Of a DNA stretch of 64,000 bases, positions 48,345 through 57,356 are shown piece after piece. Under the pieces are notes generated by a model. It saw only the letters and a program-made list of their open reading frames with translations, had not been told where the DNA came from and searched no databases. The DNA comes from Myxococcota bacterium (GTDB lineage: Bacteria > Myxococcota_A > UBA796 > CAJQPC01): the NCBI GenBank assembly GCA_036229005.1, contig JAZAMN010000057.1, positions 1 to 64,000 of the forward strand, written 5' to 3'. Every line of letters starts with the position of its first letter. Position 1 is the stretch's first letter. Position numbers and translations under genes: made by a program.

Positions 48345-49085
48345 TCAGAAGCTGCCTGCCAGGCCCAGGGCGGGCTGGCCGTCGACGACGGTGACCATGG
48401 GCTCCACCGTGAAGTGCATCAGAATCCGGTGCTCGGTGGTGGCTTCCCGAGGCCCGCCGGGGGCGAGCTGGAGCATCTGCTCGATCTGGATGACCGGAGC
48501 GGCGATCCAGAAGAGGGTGGCGACGCAGACACCACCAAAGCCCAGCAAAGAGGCCGCTTGGGGGGCCACGTTGTAGAGGAGTGCCGCGCCTGCGACGCTG
48601 AAGCTGGCCACGGCCACACCGGAGACCAGCCAGCGTGCTCCCGCAGAGGGGAGGTCGGTGTCCAGATGGTTGTAGGCGCGCAGGCCCGAGATGGTGGCCA
48701 CACCCAGTCCGCCAACGACACCCACCTCACCGGCAAACACCGCAGTGAATCCGACCAGGGCGGCTGCGGTCCCTGCCACGGGAAAGGGCTCAATGAGCGC
48801 CGCACCTATGAGCCCTACGCCGAGGCCCCCGAACACGACCGGCAGCGACCACAGAACCGTTCGCTCCGCGAGCTGCGCCCGGCGCAGGAACTTCTCGAAG
48901 TCCAGCAGCTCAGGGGGCGAGGGCGCCAATACCTCGGGGCTGGGGGCCGCCTCGACCGAGTTCGGGGCTTCGGCGGCGTGCGCGGAGAGGGTCATGGCGA
49001 GAGCGAGGATCACTGCCAGAGCATACGCTTGAACCACCCGGACCAGGCAGTACGTAAATGTGGTGGGCGGAGACCTGAGGGCCAC
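48345..49085 (-). CDS. Hypothetical membrane protein (start uncertain)
   Basis: Several Gly/Ala-rich hydrophobic segments; ends PALGLAGSF. Confidence 0.55.
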   Translation of the reverse strand: MALRSPPTTFTYCLVRVVQAYALAVILALAMTLSAHAAEAPNSVEAAPSPEVLAPSPPELLDFEKFLRRAQLAERTVLWSLPVVFGGLGVGLIGAALIEPFPVAGTAAALVGFTAVFAGEVGVVGGLGVATISGLRAYNHLDTDLPSAGARWLVSGVAVASFSVAGAALLYNVAPQAASLLGFGGVCVATLFWIAAPVIQIEQMLQLAPGGPREATTEHRILMHFTVEPMVTVVDGQPALGLAGSF

Positions 49086-49131
49086 CGAAATCTGAGCGCC
49101 CCTGCCGCGTAGCCCTCCCCAGAGGAGCGCC

Positions 49132-50121
49132 GTGCAGCCCCCAGGACCACACCCCGACCAAGCCCGCAGGCGCCTGCAGTGGGCGAGCTCCCTGAGCTTC
49201 GCCTGGACCGTCGCCGGCCTGATGGCCTACAGTACAGAACCGTGGGTGGACACCCTTGGGCTGGGCGCAGCAGCCGCCATGACCCTCATCATCCGCACCC
49301 TGCTGTCCAGCGCGCGCCTCATCGGCGCTCGGGAGCGCGCTGCCTTCTTTGTGTTCGCCTCCGGTCTGCTCGCCCTCGGCCTGAGCGGCTGGCTGGTGCG
49401 CCTGGAGCCCGGGCCTCACCGAGCCGCGCTGCGGGACATCGCCATCGCGTACCAGCCCCTGTGGCTGCAGGCCTGGCTGATGCTCGGCTACGGCTTGCTG
49501 GCGCGGGTGCATCGGCCGACCCTGGGGCCCCTGTCCACCCGCCTGGTAGCCCTGGTCTACCCGTTTGTGGGCCTGCCCTCTCTGTGGTTGTTCTCCAGGG
49601 TCTACGGTGTCGAGCCCGGTCTTGGTCCCCTCCCAGCGATCTGTGCCACCTTGGTCCTGATCGGCGTCGCCACCACCCCCGAGTCCGAAGCCCAGCTCCG
49701 CCTCGCCGCGGAGCGCCTCTCAGATCCCCGCGTCCAGCTCCGTGGGGACACCCTGCCCCTGCGCGTCGAGATCTGTGTTCCATGCTCCTGGCGCCACCGC
49801 GCCGCACCTCGCCGGCGGAACCCAGTGCTTGACGAGCTGCTGGGCCCTGGACTGGAGGCGGTGGACCTGGGTGTGCTGGAGCGAGAGGATCCGGGCCCTC
49901 TGTTGGCTGTGTTCCACAACTTCCCACAGTCTCGGCTGGAGCCCGGCACCCTGACCCTGGTGGCCACCGACGAGGACATGGCGGCGCTGGCCAAGGCCAC
50001 ACAGACCGACGTGACCCAGGCGCTGCGGGTTTGTGTCGCTCGGGCGGAGCGGCTGGCGGGGTTGCTCGGGCGCGAGCCCCTCGACCTCACCGCTTCCGAC
50101 CCGCCACCTCCTCGCGCTTGA
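49132..50121 (+). CDS. Hypothetical multi-pass membrane protein
   Basis: GAGGAG RBS; about 6 hydrophobic segments then a soluble tail. Confidence 0.6.
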   Translation: MQPPGPHPDQARRRLQWASSLSFAWTVAGLMAYSTEPWVDTLGLGAAAAMTLIIRTLLSSARLIGARERAAFFVFASGLLALGLSGWLVRLEPGPHRAALRDIAIAYQPLWLQAWLMLGYGLLARVHRPTLGPLSTRLVALVYPFVGLPSLWLFSRVYGVEPGLGPLPAICATLVLIGVATTPESEAQLRLAAERLSDPRVQLRGDTLPLRVEICVPCSWRHRAAPRRRNPVLDELLGPGLEAVDLGVLEREDPGPLLAVFHNFPQSRLEPGTLTLVATDEDMAALAKATQTDVTQALRVCVARAERLAGLLGREPLDLTASDPPPPRA

Positions 50122-50770
50122 CCAGCTCCCACATGGTGCCGCCGCAGCCCCCCCAGGCGGCCTCTTCCACGGGCTCGCCCGTCCACTCCTCAAGGGCCTG
50201 CCAGAAGAGCCAGGTGCGCTCCGGAAAACGCTGGTGCTCCCTACAGACGCTGTCGAGAAGGACCAGAGTGGTGTCCGTCCAGAGCCAGACCTCACCGGAG
50301 TAGTCCGTGATGCATCCCTCGGCGACGGCGGAGAGCACCAGGCGCTCGGGCTCGCCGCTGGGAAGCTCGGCGATGTGGACCGCAAAGTGAGGGTCGTGGC
50401 TGCCAGGATTCCGCTCGATGTGGTTTGGCTCCCGCGGGTGACGCCTGAACCAGCCCGAGGCGACCTGCGTCTCGACCATCAGCGCGCCGTTGGCCCAGCC
50501 AGGGACACGCTCGCGAGCCTGACGCATGACGGGTGTGACCCCCGCCTCGCCGTAGCTGTGGCAGCGCTCGCCGTCCCGGCCAGGCGGACCTCCAGGGCCG
50601 ATGCGCATGGTGTGCACCTCGTAGTCGGCAGTGGGACTCGCGCCTGCCCAGTGCGCATAGATGCTGGGCTCCAGGTCGGAGTGGAACCAGGCCTCCAGGC
50701 GCTCGCGCCAGACTTCGAGAGAGCTGGGCGCAGGAGAACTCTGGGCCACAAGAAGGGGTAGGAGCAGCAT
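50087..50770 (-). CDS. Hypothetical, possibly secreted protein
   Basis: GAGG RBS; MLLLPLLVAQS; 3' end overlaps the convergent gene by 35 nt. Confidence 0.5.
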   Translation of the reverse strand: MLLLPLLVAQSSPAPSSLEVWRERLEAWFHSDLEPSIYAHWAGASPTADYEVHTMRIGPGGPPGRDGERCHSYGEAGVTPVMRQARERVPGWANGALMVETQVASGWFRRHPREPNHIERNPGSHDPHFAVHIAELPSGEPERLVLSAVAEGCITDYSGEVWLWTDTTLVLLDSVCREHQRFPERTWLFWQALEEWTGEPVEEAAWGGCGGTMWELVKREEVAGRKR

Positions 50771-50850
50771 GGGAACCTCTTGAAGGCAGACAGCTGCTGG
50801 CCCGTCGCGGTTCCGGCTGAACTAGCGACTCCCCCGGGTCGAAGGCCCCG

Positions 50851-51426
50851 TCAGGAGGCCGATGGCTCAGGCCATGTGAGCCCATCGGGCCGGAACCACA
50901 GCTGCACCTCGATCTCCATCCACAGCGGGCGCGACCAGGGAATCCCGGCCCAGCGCTCCAGCTGGCTGTTCAGCTCAGTCAGCAGATGGACCTCCCCGAC
51001 CGCGGGGTGCTCGATTCCCCGAGCGCGCCGGAACTGCGGGTCCAGGCAGAAGCTGTCGAAGAAGGTGAAGGAGGCAGCGTCCCCCGGGACGGCAGCGAGC
51101 GCGAGCTGGACGCCGACACGCTCGGGACTCCGGCGCTCCACCGCCTGACTCCGACCCAACAGGGCGTAGAAGGGAAAGCGGACCTGAGCCCGACCACCCC
51201 GCGCCTCGAAGCCCGTGCGCAGCTCGTCCTCCACCCGCTGGCGCGTCCGCACGTAGTCCGGATCTGCATAGCGGGCGGCGTTGGGGACGTGGCCCGCCGC
51301 CAGGACCTCCGCCCGCTCGGCGGGGGTGAGGGCCATCAGGCTCTGGAAGGGGCGGCCGCAGAAGTAGTGGGTGAGGAAGGTCGCGACCTCTCCCTGCGCG
51401 TCGGAGGCTTCGCTCACGGACTTCAC
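50851..51426 (-). CDS. Hypothetical protein
   Basis: GTGA overlap with the upstream oxygenase; FLTHY..PFQSL, R..VEDELR..F..RGG, SFTFFDS, IEVQLW. Confidence 0.6.
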   Translation of the reverse strand: MKSVSEASDAQGEVATFLTHYFCGRPFQSLMALTPAERAEVLAAGHVPNAARYADPDYVRTRQRVEDELRTGFEARGGRAQVRFPFYALLGRSQAVERRSPERVGVQLALAAVPGDAASFTFFDSFCLDPQFRRARGIEHPAVGEVHLLTELNSQLERWAGIPWSRPLWMEIEVQLWFRPDGLTWPEPSAS

Positions 51427-52598
51427 TCCCGAACCAGGACGACCGCCGCCTGGTGATACCACTGCTCGGCGGTGCCGCCCTCGTTGCCGTTCCACGGCTC
51501 GGCGGACAGGCTGTAGGGGTTCCGCTCCAGCGCGGACATCAGGGAGATGACCTGCCGGGCCTCCACCGGCCCAGCCATCCCTCGGATGCGCTGTCCAGCG
51601 CCATCAAAGACGACCACGAGACGGAGCTCCCGCTCCAGGAGCCCCTCGAAGGCATCGCGATTCACCGCCTGGCCCTCGAGCGTCCCTCCTTCTCCGCCCT
51701 CCTCCCCATCGACATACTCGTAGGCCTCCCGGACATCGACAAAGGCCAACGCGCAACGCAGCCCCAAATCCTCTGCGCACGCCCGGAGCGCCCCCACCCG
51801 CTCAGCATCCAGCAGCCGGAGGCGGTCCCACCCAAAGCGCTGCTCGGTGTAGACGTGGTCCAGCATCACGACCAAGCGCTCCTCGGACTCAAAGTAGCGT
51901 TCCAGCAGCGCGCCGAGCTCCGAAGGGTCGGCCCCTACCCGCGGAGCGTGCCGGACCCGACCCCGGAGGGCGAAGGTCAGGGACACCCGGCGGCCTCCCT
52001 GCACTGGCTCGATCTCGTGCACGCAGTCCGCGTAGAAGGCCACAAACCCCAGGCGACGCTCCTGCGCCAGGGCGCCCAGCTCGAAGCGCTCGGTCCGTCC
52101 CCCGTGCCGGACCACCAGCGCGCCGCCTTCGTGCTCGGTCGGCAGCACCACCACCAAGCTGCCCCACATGCGCTCGTCCAGCTCGGTGTCCCGATGGGGC
52201 GCAAAGAAGCCCCCAGGCTCGTACACGATGAGCTTCTGCAGGGAGGCCTCGACCTCCACGTCTGCGCGGATCTCCAGGCGCTCCTTGAGCTGCTGGATCG
52301 CCCGCTTGAGCCGCCGCTCCCAGCCCGAGCTGAGCTCGATCTGCGCCGCCAGCACCTCGCTTGAGCGGCGAACCGTCTCATCGTGCAGCGTCTGGTCGCG
52401 CCGTCCAAAGGGTGAGGGGCGACCCTCTTGGATCAGCCCGTCAACGAACTCATCCGTCAGAGGAAGCCGCGAGCGACCGACACCCTCCACCGTGAGGGCG
52501 AGCCCCATGCAGGCCAGATCCACGCTGGCTGCGACAGCGCCAGGAGACTCCATCGCTCGGAGCCAGTGTGCGATGCGCTCGGTGTGAAGTCGGTCCAT
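51423..52598 (-). CDS. 2-oxoglutarate/Fe(II)-dependent oxygenase
   Basis: HRD facial motif, HEGGALVV, AFYADCVHEIEPV, RVSLTF. Confidence 0.88.
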   Translation of the reverse strand: MDRLHTERIAHWLRAMESPGAVAASVDLACMGLALTVEGVGRSRLPLTDEFVDGLIQEGRPSPFGRRDQTLHDETVRRSSEVLAAQIELSSGWERRLKRAIQQLKERLEIRADVEVEASLQKLIVYEPGGFFAPHRDTELDERMWGSLVVVLPTEHEGGALVVRHGGRTERFELGALAQERRLGFVAFYADCVHEIEPVQGGRRVSLTFALRGRVRHAPRVGADPSELGALLERYFESEERLVVMLDHVYTEQRFGWDRLRLLDAERVGALRACAEDLGLRCALAFVDVREAYEYVDGEEGGEGGTLEGQAVNRDAFEGLLERELRLVVVFDGAGQRIRGMAGPVEARQVISLMSALERNPYSLSAEPWNGNEGGTAEQWYHQAAVVLVRE

Positions 52599-52614
52599 CC
52601 ACCCTCCAGGGTAC

Positions 52615-53472
52615 TCAGGATAGCCCCATCAACCCCCGCGCCTCCTCCGGACTCGCGACCTCCCGCCCGGCCCGCCTCGCACAGTCCGCGAGCGCCTCGA
52701 TCAACGCTCCATTGCTGTCGGCCTTCTCGCCGCTGGGCAGGTAGAAGGTGTCCTCGAGTCCGGTCCGCAGCATCCCGCCCAATTCGGCGGCCCGCTGGTG
52801 CAGGGCCCAGATCTCCTGCCGCCCAATGAGCGTGGCCTGCCACAGACTGCCCTGGGGCTTGTAGCGAAGCAGCAGCTCCAGCAGGTCGGCGTCCAGGGGC
52901 ATGCCGCTGGCGACGCCCATGACGAAGTTGACCTGGGCGGAGGGGGCCATGCCGGCCTTCAGATACAGATCGACGCTGCGCAGGATGCCCACATCAAAGC
53001 ACTCGAACTCGGGCAGGGCGCCCACGCGCTCCATGCCGTCCAGCATGGCCTGGACCTTCTCGACGGGGTTGTCAAACAGCATGGGCTTCCAGGCCCACTG
53101 GCCGTTGCTGCGCAGCTTGAGGTAGTTCAGGCTGCCCGCGTTGCAGGCCGCAAGCTCGGGCTTCACGGCGTCCATGCAGGCGATGGGGCCGCTCACGTCA
53201 GGACCCACCACGCCGGTGCTCTGGTTGATCAGGGCGCCCGGACAGGCCTGCCGCACGGCATCGACACAGTCCTTGGCGACCGCAGGATCCCAGCTCGGCA
53301 GGTGGCCCATGCCGGGCTCCTGGCGCCGAAAGTGGATGTGGAACACGCTGGCCCCAGCGTCAAAGGCCTGCCGCGCGGACAGGGCGAGCTGCTCGGGGGT
53401 GACGGGCACAGGGTGCCGCGCCGGGTCGGTGAGCACGCCGTTGAGGGCGCAGGTCAGGATGGCCTTGTTCAT
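52615..53472 (-). CDS. Beta-keto acid cleavage enzyme (BKACE / 3-keto-5-aminohexanoate cleavage family)
   Basis: ILTCALNG, PVPVTPEQ, AGASVFHIH, PEFECFD, RTGLED, SNGAL. Confidence 0.92.
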   Translation of the reverse strand: MNKAILTCALNGVLTDPARHPVPVTPEQLALSARQAFDAGASVFHIHFRRQEPGMGHLPSWDPAVAKDCVDAVRQACPGALINQSTGVVGPDVSGPIACMDAVKPELAACNAGSLNYLKLRSNGQWAWKPMLFDNPVEKVQAMLDGMERVGALPEFECFDVGILRSVDLYLKAGMAPSAQVNFVMGVASGMPLDADLLELLLRYKPQGSLWQATLIGRQEIWALHQRAAELGGMLRTGLEDTFYLPSGEKADSNGALIEALADCARRAGREVASPEEARGLMGLS

Positions 53473-55400
53473 TCGCTCAGCTCCAGCTCGATAAGAAGGG
53501 CGCCGGCCTGGACTTGCTCTCCCAGGGCGGCGTGGATGGCCCGCACAGTCCCCGCGGACTGGGCCAGCACGCGGGTCTCCAGCTTCATGGCCTCGACCCT
53601 GGCCAAGGTCTGTCCGGGCTCCACGGCATCCCCCACAGACACAGAGATCGCACACAGATTTCCGGCGGTGGGCGAGAGGATCTGGGAGGCGTCCAGCTCC
53701 GCCTGCACCGCCTGACCCGGCCGCACCTCGCGGATGGGAAGGAGTCCAGATCCGCAGTCGAGGACACACTGGCCGTCTTCAAGGTAGACCCAGATCCAGC
53801 GGCGGCCCCGGTCCCGCTCCTCCACCTGCACCCGCCCCTGGGGGAGGCCCATGGCCAGATGGAACACGGTCTCCCCGACGGCCAGCTCGAAGAAGGGCCG
53901 CCCCGGCGAGACCCGCACGGTCTGTGTGGTGCTCCCACAGACCAGCTCCAGGTCGAAGGCGCAGTGGCCGCTGCTGCGCAGCCAGGCCGCTTGAGGCTCA
54001 CACAGAGCCAGGGCGGCCAGGGCCCAGTCCCGCTCGGTGGGGGTCGGGCGCTCGAAGAGGGGGTGCCCCGCCTGCGCCCAGTGGTCGATGTGGCCGGTGT
54101 GCAGGGTGCCTGACACGAACTCGGGGGTCTGTAGCAGGCGCAGCAGCCAGTCGCGGTTGGTCTGTACGCCCAGCAACCGGAGCTCGCTCAGGGCCCGCCG
54201 CAGCCGGGCCAGAGCCTGGCCCCGGTCGGGCCCCCAGGCGATCAGCTTGCCCAGCATGGGATCGTAGTAGGGGCTGACCGCGCTGCCGGGCTCCAGGGCC
54301 AGGTGGAGCTGCAGGTGCTCACTGGTCTGGGGTCGGGTGATCTGTGTGAGCACGCCGGTCTGGGGGGCGAAGCCGGCGGAGGGGTCCTCGGCGCAGATCC
54401 GCACCTCGATGGCTGCGCCCTGGGGAGCGGGCAGGGTCTGTGGCAGGTGGGCGCCCTGGGCGATGCGGAGCTGCCAGCCCACCAGGTCCTGGCCCCAGCA
54501 CATCTGGGTGACGGCGAACTCCACCTGCAGGCGGGTGTTCATCTCCAGGAACCAGAACTCGCCGCCCTGGACCAGGAACTCCACGGTCCCGGCGCCCACG
54601 TAGCCCACGGCCTGGGCGGCCTGGACGGCGGCCGCACACAGTCTCGCGCGCAGGGCCGGATCCAGGCTGGGGGCGGGGGTCTCCTCGATGACCTTCTGGC
54701 GGCGGCGCTGGGCGCTGCAGTCGCGCTCCCCCAGGTGGAGGACGTGGCCGTGGGTGTCGGCCAGGATCTGTACTTCGACGTGACGGCCGCCGTCGATCAG
54801 GCGCTCCAGCATCAGGCGACCGTCCCCGAAGGCAGCGGTGGCCTCGCGGGCGGCGGAGGTGATGGCCTCGGAGAGCTCGGCCGGCTCGCGGACCACGCGC
54901 ATGCCGCGACCGCCTCCCCCGGCGGTGGCCTTGACCAGCAGCGGGAAGCCGATGTCCTGGGCGTGGGCAGACAGACCCCCTACAGATTGGTCGTCGCCGC
55001 GGTAGCCAGGCAGCAGCGGGACGCCGGCCTGGGCCATGCGCTCCTTGGCGGCGGCCTTGTCGGCCATCGCGTGCATGGCGGCGGGGGGCGGGCCCACCCA
55101 GATCAGACCGGCATCGAGCACGGACTGTGCAAAGTCGGCGTTCTCGGCCAGGAAGCCGTAGCCCGGGTGGATGGCGTCGGCGCCGCTGTCCGCGGCGGCC
55201 TGGAGCACCCGGTCCCCGCGCAGGTAGGAGTCGGCGGCGGGCGCGGCCCCCACACAGATGGCCTGGTCGGCCAGCGCCAGCCAGGGGCCCTGGGCGTCGG
55301 CCTGGGAGTACACACAGACCGTCTCCAGGCCCAGGCCGCGGGCCGTGCGCAAGATGTGGGCGGCGATCTCGCCGCGGTTGGCGACCAGCAGGCGCTTCAT
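53469..55400 (-). CDS. atuF: Acyl-CoA carboxylase biotin-carboxylase/biotin-carrier subunit (AtuF/LiuD-like)
   Basis: LLVANRGEIA, HPGYGFLAEN, GGGGRGM, EMNTRLQVE, EAMKL biotin site. Confidence 0.82.
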   Translation of the reverse strand: MKRLLVANRGEIAAHILRTARGLGLETVCVYSQADAQGPWLALADQAICVGAAPAADSYLRGDRVLQAAADSGADAIHPGYGFLAENADFAQSVLDAGLIWVGPPPAAMHAMADKAAAKERMAQAGVPLLPGYRGDDQSVGGLSAHAQDIGFPLLVKATAGGGGRGMRVVREPAELSEAITSAAREATAAFGDGRLMLERLIDGGRHVEVQILADTHGHVLHLGERDCSAQRRRQKVIEETPAPSLDPALRARLCAAAVQAAQAVGYVGAGTVEFLVQGGEFWFLEMNTRLQVEFAVTQMCWGQDLVGWQLRIAQGAHLPQTLPAPQGAAIEVRICAEDPSAGFAPQTGVLTQITRPQTSEHLQLHLALEPGSAVSPYYDPMLGKLIAWGPDRGQALARLRRALSELRLLGVQTNRDWLLRLLQTPEFVSGTLHTGHIDHWAQAGHPLFERPTPTERDWALAALALCEPQAAWLRSSGHCAFDLELVCGSTTQTVRVSPGRPFFELAVGETVFHLAMGLPQGRVQVEERDRGRRWIWVYLEDGQCVLDCGSGLLPIREVRPGQAVQAELDASQILSPTAGNLCAISVSVGDAVEPGQTLARVEAMKLETRVLAQSAGTVRAIHAALGEQVQAGALLIELELSE

Positions 55401-56176
55401 TGGACCACCCAGGGTGCGGGCTTGCGGGAGAGGAAGGCGGCGGTGCCGGCGGCGGCCTCGGGGCGGCGGGCGGCGGCGGCGAAGGTCTGTGCGGCGAGCT
55501 GCACCTGCGCGAGGTCCACCGGAGAGGAGAGGCTGGCGAGCAGCGCTTTGGTCGTCGCGAGCGCCCCTGGGGCGGACTGGAGCACGGACTGTGTGAGGGA
55601 CTGGAGCCCGCGGTCGAGGTCGTCGTGGAGCTGGTGCACCAGGCCGATGTCCAGGGCGGTCTGCGCCGAGATGACCTCGCCGGCGAGCGCCAGTCTGCGG
55701 GCTTGGGCAGGGCCGACCCGGGCGATCAAGGTGGGGGCGATCTGTGCGGGGATCAAGCCCAACCTCGTCTCCGGGAGCGAGAGCTTGAGGCTGCGGTCGG
55801 CGATGGAGATGTCGCACGCGCAGGCCAGCCCCACCCCGCCCCCCATCACGGCGCCCTGCAGCGCCGAGACGACGACCAGGGGGCTGTCCTGGAGCAGGAG
55901 CTGGAGCTGGCCGAAGCGGGCGTTGAGGGCCACCAGGGGGTCCCCGGAGTCTGTGGGAGGCTGGCGCAGGGCCCCGGCCATCTCGGCGATGTCGCCCCCA
56001 GCACAGAAGTTCCCGCCGGCCCCGCGCAGCACCAGCACGCGCACCCCAGCGGCGGGGGCCTGGGTGATGGCGTCCTCCAGGGCGGAGAGCAGCGCGAGGT
56101 TCAGGGCGTTGCGGCGCTCGGGGCGGTCCAGCAGCAGGGTGCGGACCGGGCCGTTGTCGTGGATCTGCAGGCTCAC
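55397..56176 (-). CDS. atuE: Enoyl-CoA hydratase (AtuE-like)
   Basis: RNAL, FCAGGDI, GGGVGLAC, LPETRLGLIPAQIAP. Confidence 0.75.
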   Translation of the reverse strand: MSLQIHDNGPVRTLLLDRPERRNALNLALLSALEDAITQAPAAGVRVLVLRGAGGNFCAGGDIAEMAGALRQPPTDSGDPLVALNARFGQLQLLLQDSPLVVVSALQGAVMGGGVGLACACDISIADRSLKLSLPETRLGLIPAQIAPTLIARVGPAQARRLALAGEVISAQTALDIGLVHQLHDDLDRGLQSLTQSVLQSAPGALATTKALLASLSSPVDLAQVQLAAQTFAAAARRPEAAAGTAAFLSRKPAPWVVQ

Positions 56177-56183
56177 GGGGCCC

Positions 56184-57344
56184 TCACTTGCGGCGGCGGC
56201 TGGGGAGGGTGCCTTCGAGCTTGCAGAGGATGCCCAGCATGACCTCGTCGGCGCCGCCCCCGATGGAGATGAGGCGGAGATCCCGATGGATCCGGGAGAT
56301 ACGGGCTTCGTGTGAGTAGCCCATGCCTCCCCAGAACTGCAGGCAGGAGTCGGTGACCTCCCGACACAGTCGGCCGGACTTGAGCTTGGCCATGGAGGCC
56401 AGCCGGGTGACGTCCTGGCCCTGGGTGTACAGATCGGTGGCGCGGTAGACCAGGGCGCGCAGGGCCTCGACCTCGGTGCGCAGCTCGGCGAGTCTGTAGT
56501 GGACCACCTGGTTGTAGAGGATGGGCTTGCCGAAGGCGACGCGGCCGCGGGTGTATTCGATGGTGTCGTCGATGACCCGGTCCAGGGTGCGCAGGGTGTT
56601 GGCGGCGCCCCAGAGCCGCTCCTGCTGGAACTGCATCATCTGATACATGAACCCGGCGCCCTCCTGACCGATCAGGTTGCGCTTGGGGACCCGCACGTTG
56701 TCGAAGAAGATCTGTGCGGTGTCGCTGCAGTGCATGCCCATCTTCTCGATCTTCTGCAGCTCGATGCCGGCGGCGTCCATGGGGACCACGATCAGGGACT
56801 TGTTGCCGTGGGGGCCGCCCTGATCCGAGGTGTTGGCCAAAAGGCAGCACCAGTCGGCCTGCAGACCGTTGGTGATCCACATCTTGGAGCCGTTGATGAC
56901 ATAGTCATCGCCCTCGCTGCGGGCGTGGGTCTGTAGCCCAGCCACGTCGGAGCCGGCCTGGGGCTCGGACACGCCCAGGCAGGCCACCATGTCGCCGGCC
57001 AGGGCGGGGGCCAGGTACTCGCGCTTGAGCTCGGGGCTGCCGAAGCGGGCCAGGGCGGGGGTGCACATGTCGGTCTGTACGCCGATGGCCATGGGGATGC
57101 CGCCGGCGTCGCAGGCGCCCAGGGCCTCGGCCATGACCATGTGGAAGGAGAAGTCCAGGCCGCCGCCGCCGAACTCCGGGTCGTACTCCATGCCGATCAG
57201 GCCCAGATCGCCCAGCTTCTTGAAGAGCTCGTGGGCGGGGAAGGTGCGCTGCTCCTCCCACAGTTCAATGTGGGGGTTGATCTCGGACTGTACGAAGCGG
57301 GTGACCGTCTCGGCCACGGCCTTGTGCTCTTCGGTGAACTGCAT
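56184..57344 (-). CDS. atuD: Acyl-CoA dehydrogenase (citronellyl-CoA dehydrogenase AtuD-like)
   Basis: IPMAIGVQTDMCTPAL, SEPQAGSD, GSKMWITNG, QFQQERL, QFWGGMG, IGGGADE. Confidence 0.8.
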   Translation of the reverse strand: MQFTEEHKAVAETVTRFVQSEINPHIELWEEQRTFPAHELFKKLGDLGLIGMEYDPEFGGGGLDFSFHMVMAEALGACDAGGIPMAIGVQTDMCTPALARFGSPELKREYLAPALAGDMVACLGVSEPQAGSDVAGLQTHARSEGDDYVINGSKMWITNGLQADWCCLLANTSDQGGPHGNKSLIVVPMDAAGIELQKIEKMGMHCSDTAQIFFDNVRVPKRNLIGQEGAGFMYQMMQFQQERLWGAANTLRTLDRVIDDTIEYTRGRVAFGKPILYNQVVHYRLAELRTEVEALRALVYRATDLYTQGQDVTRLASMAKLKSGRLCREVTDSCLQFWGGMGYSHEARISRIHRDLRLISIGGGADEVMLGILCKLEGTLPSRRRK

Positions 57345-57356
57345 GGGGGGCTCCGG

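Noticed and set aside
48345..52598. Integron cassette array
   Set aside because: Genes are in mixed orientation and some overlap; I saw no attC-like sites or integrase.
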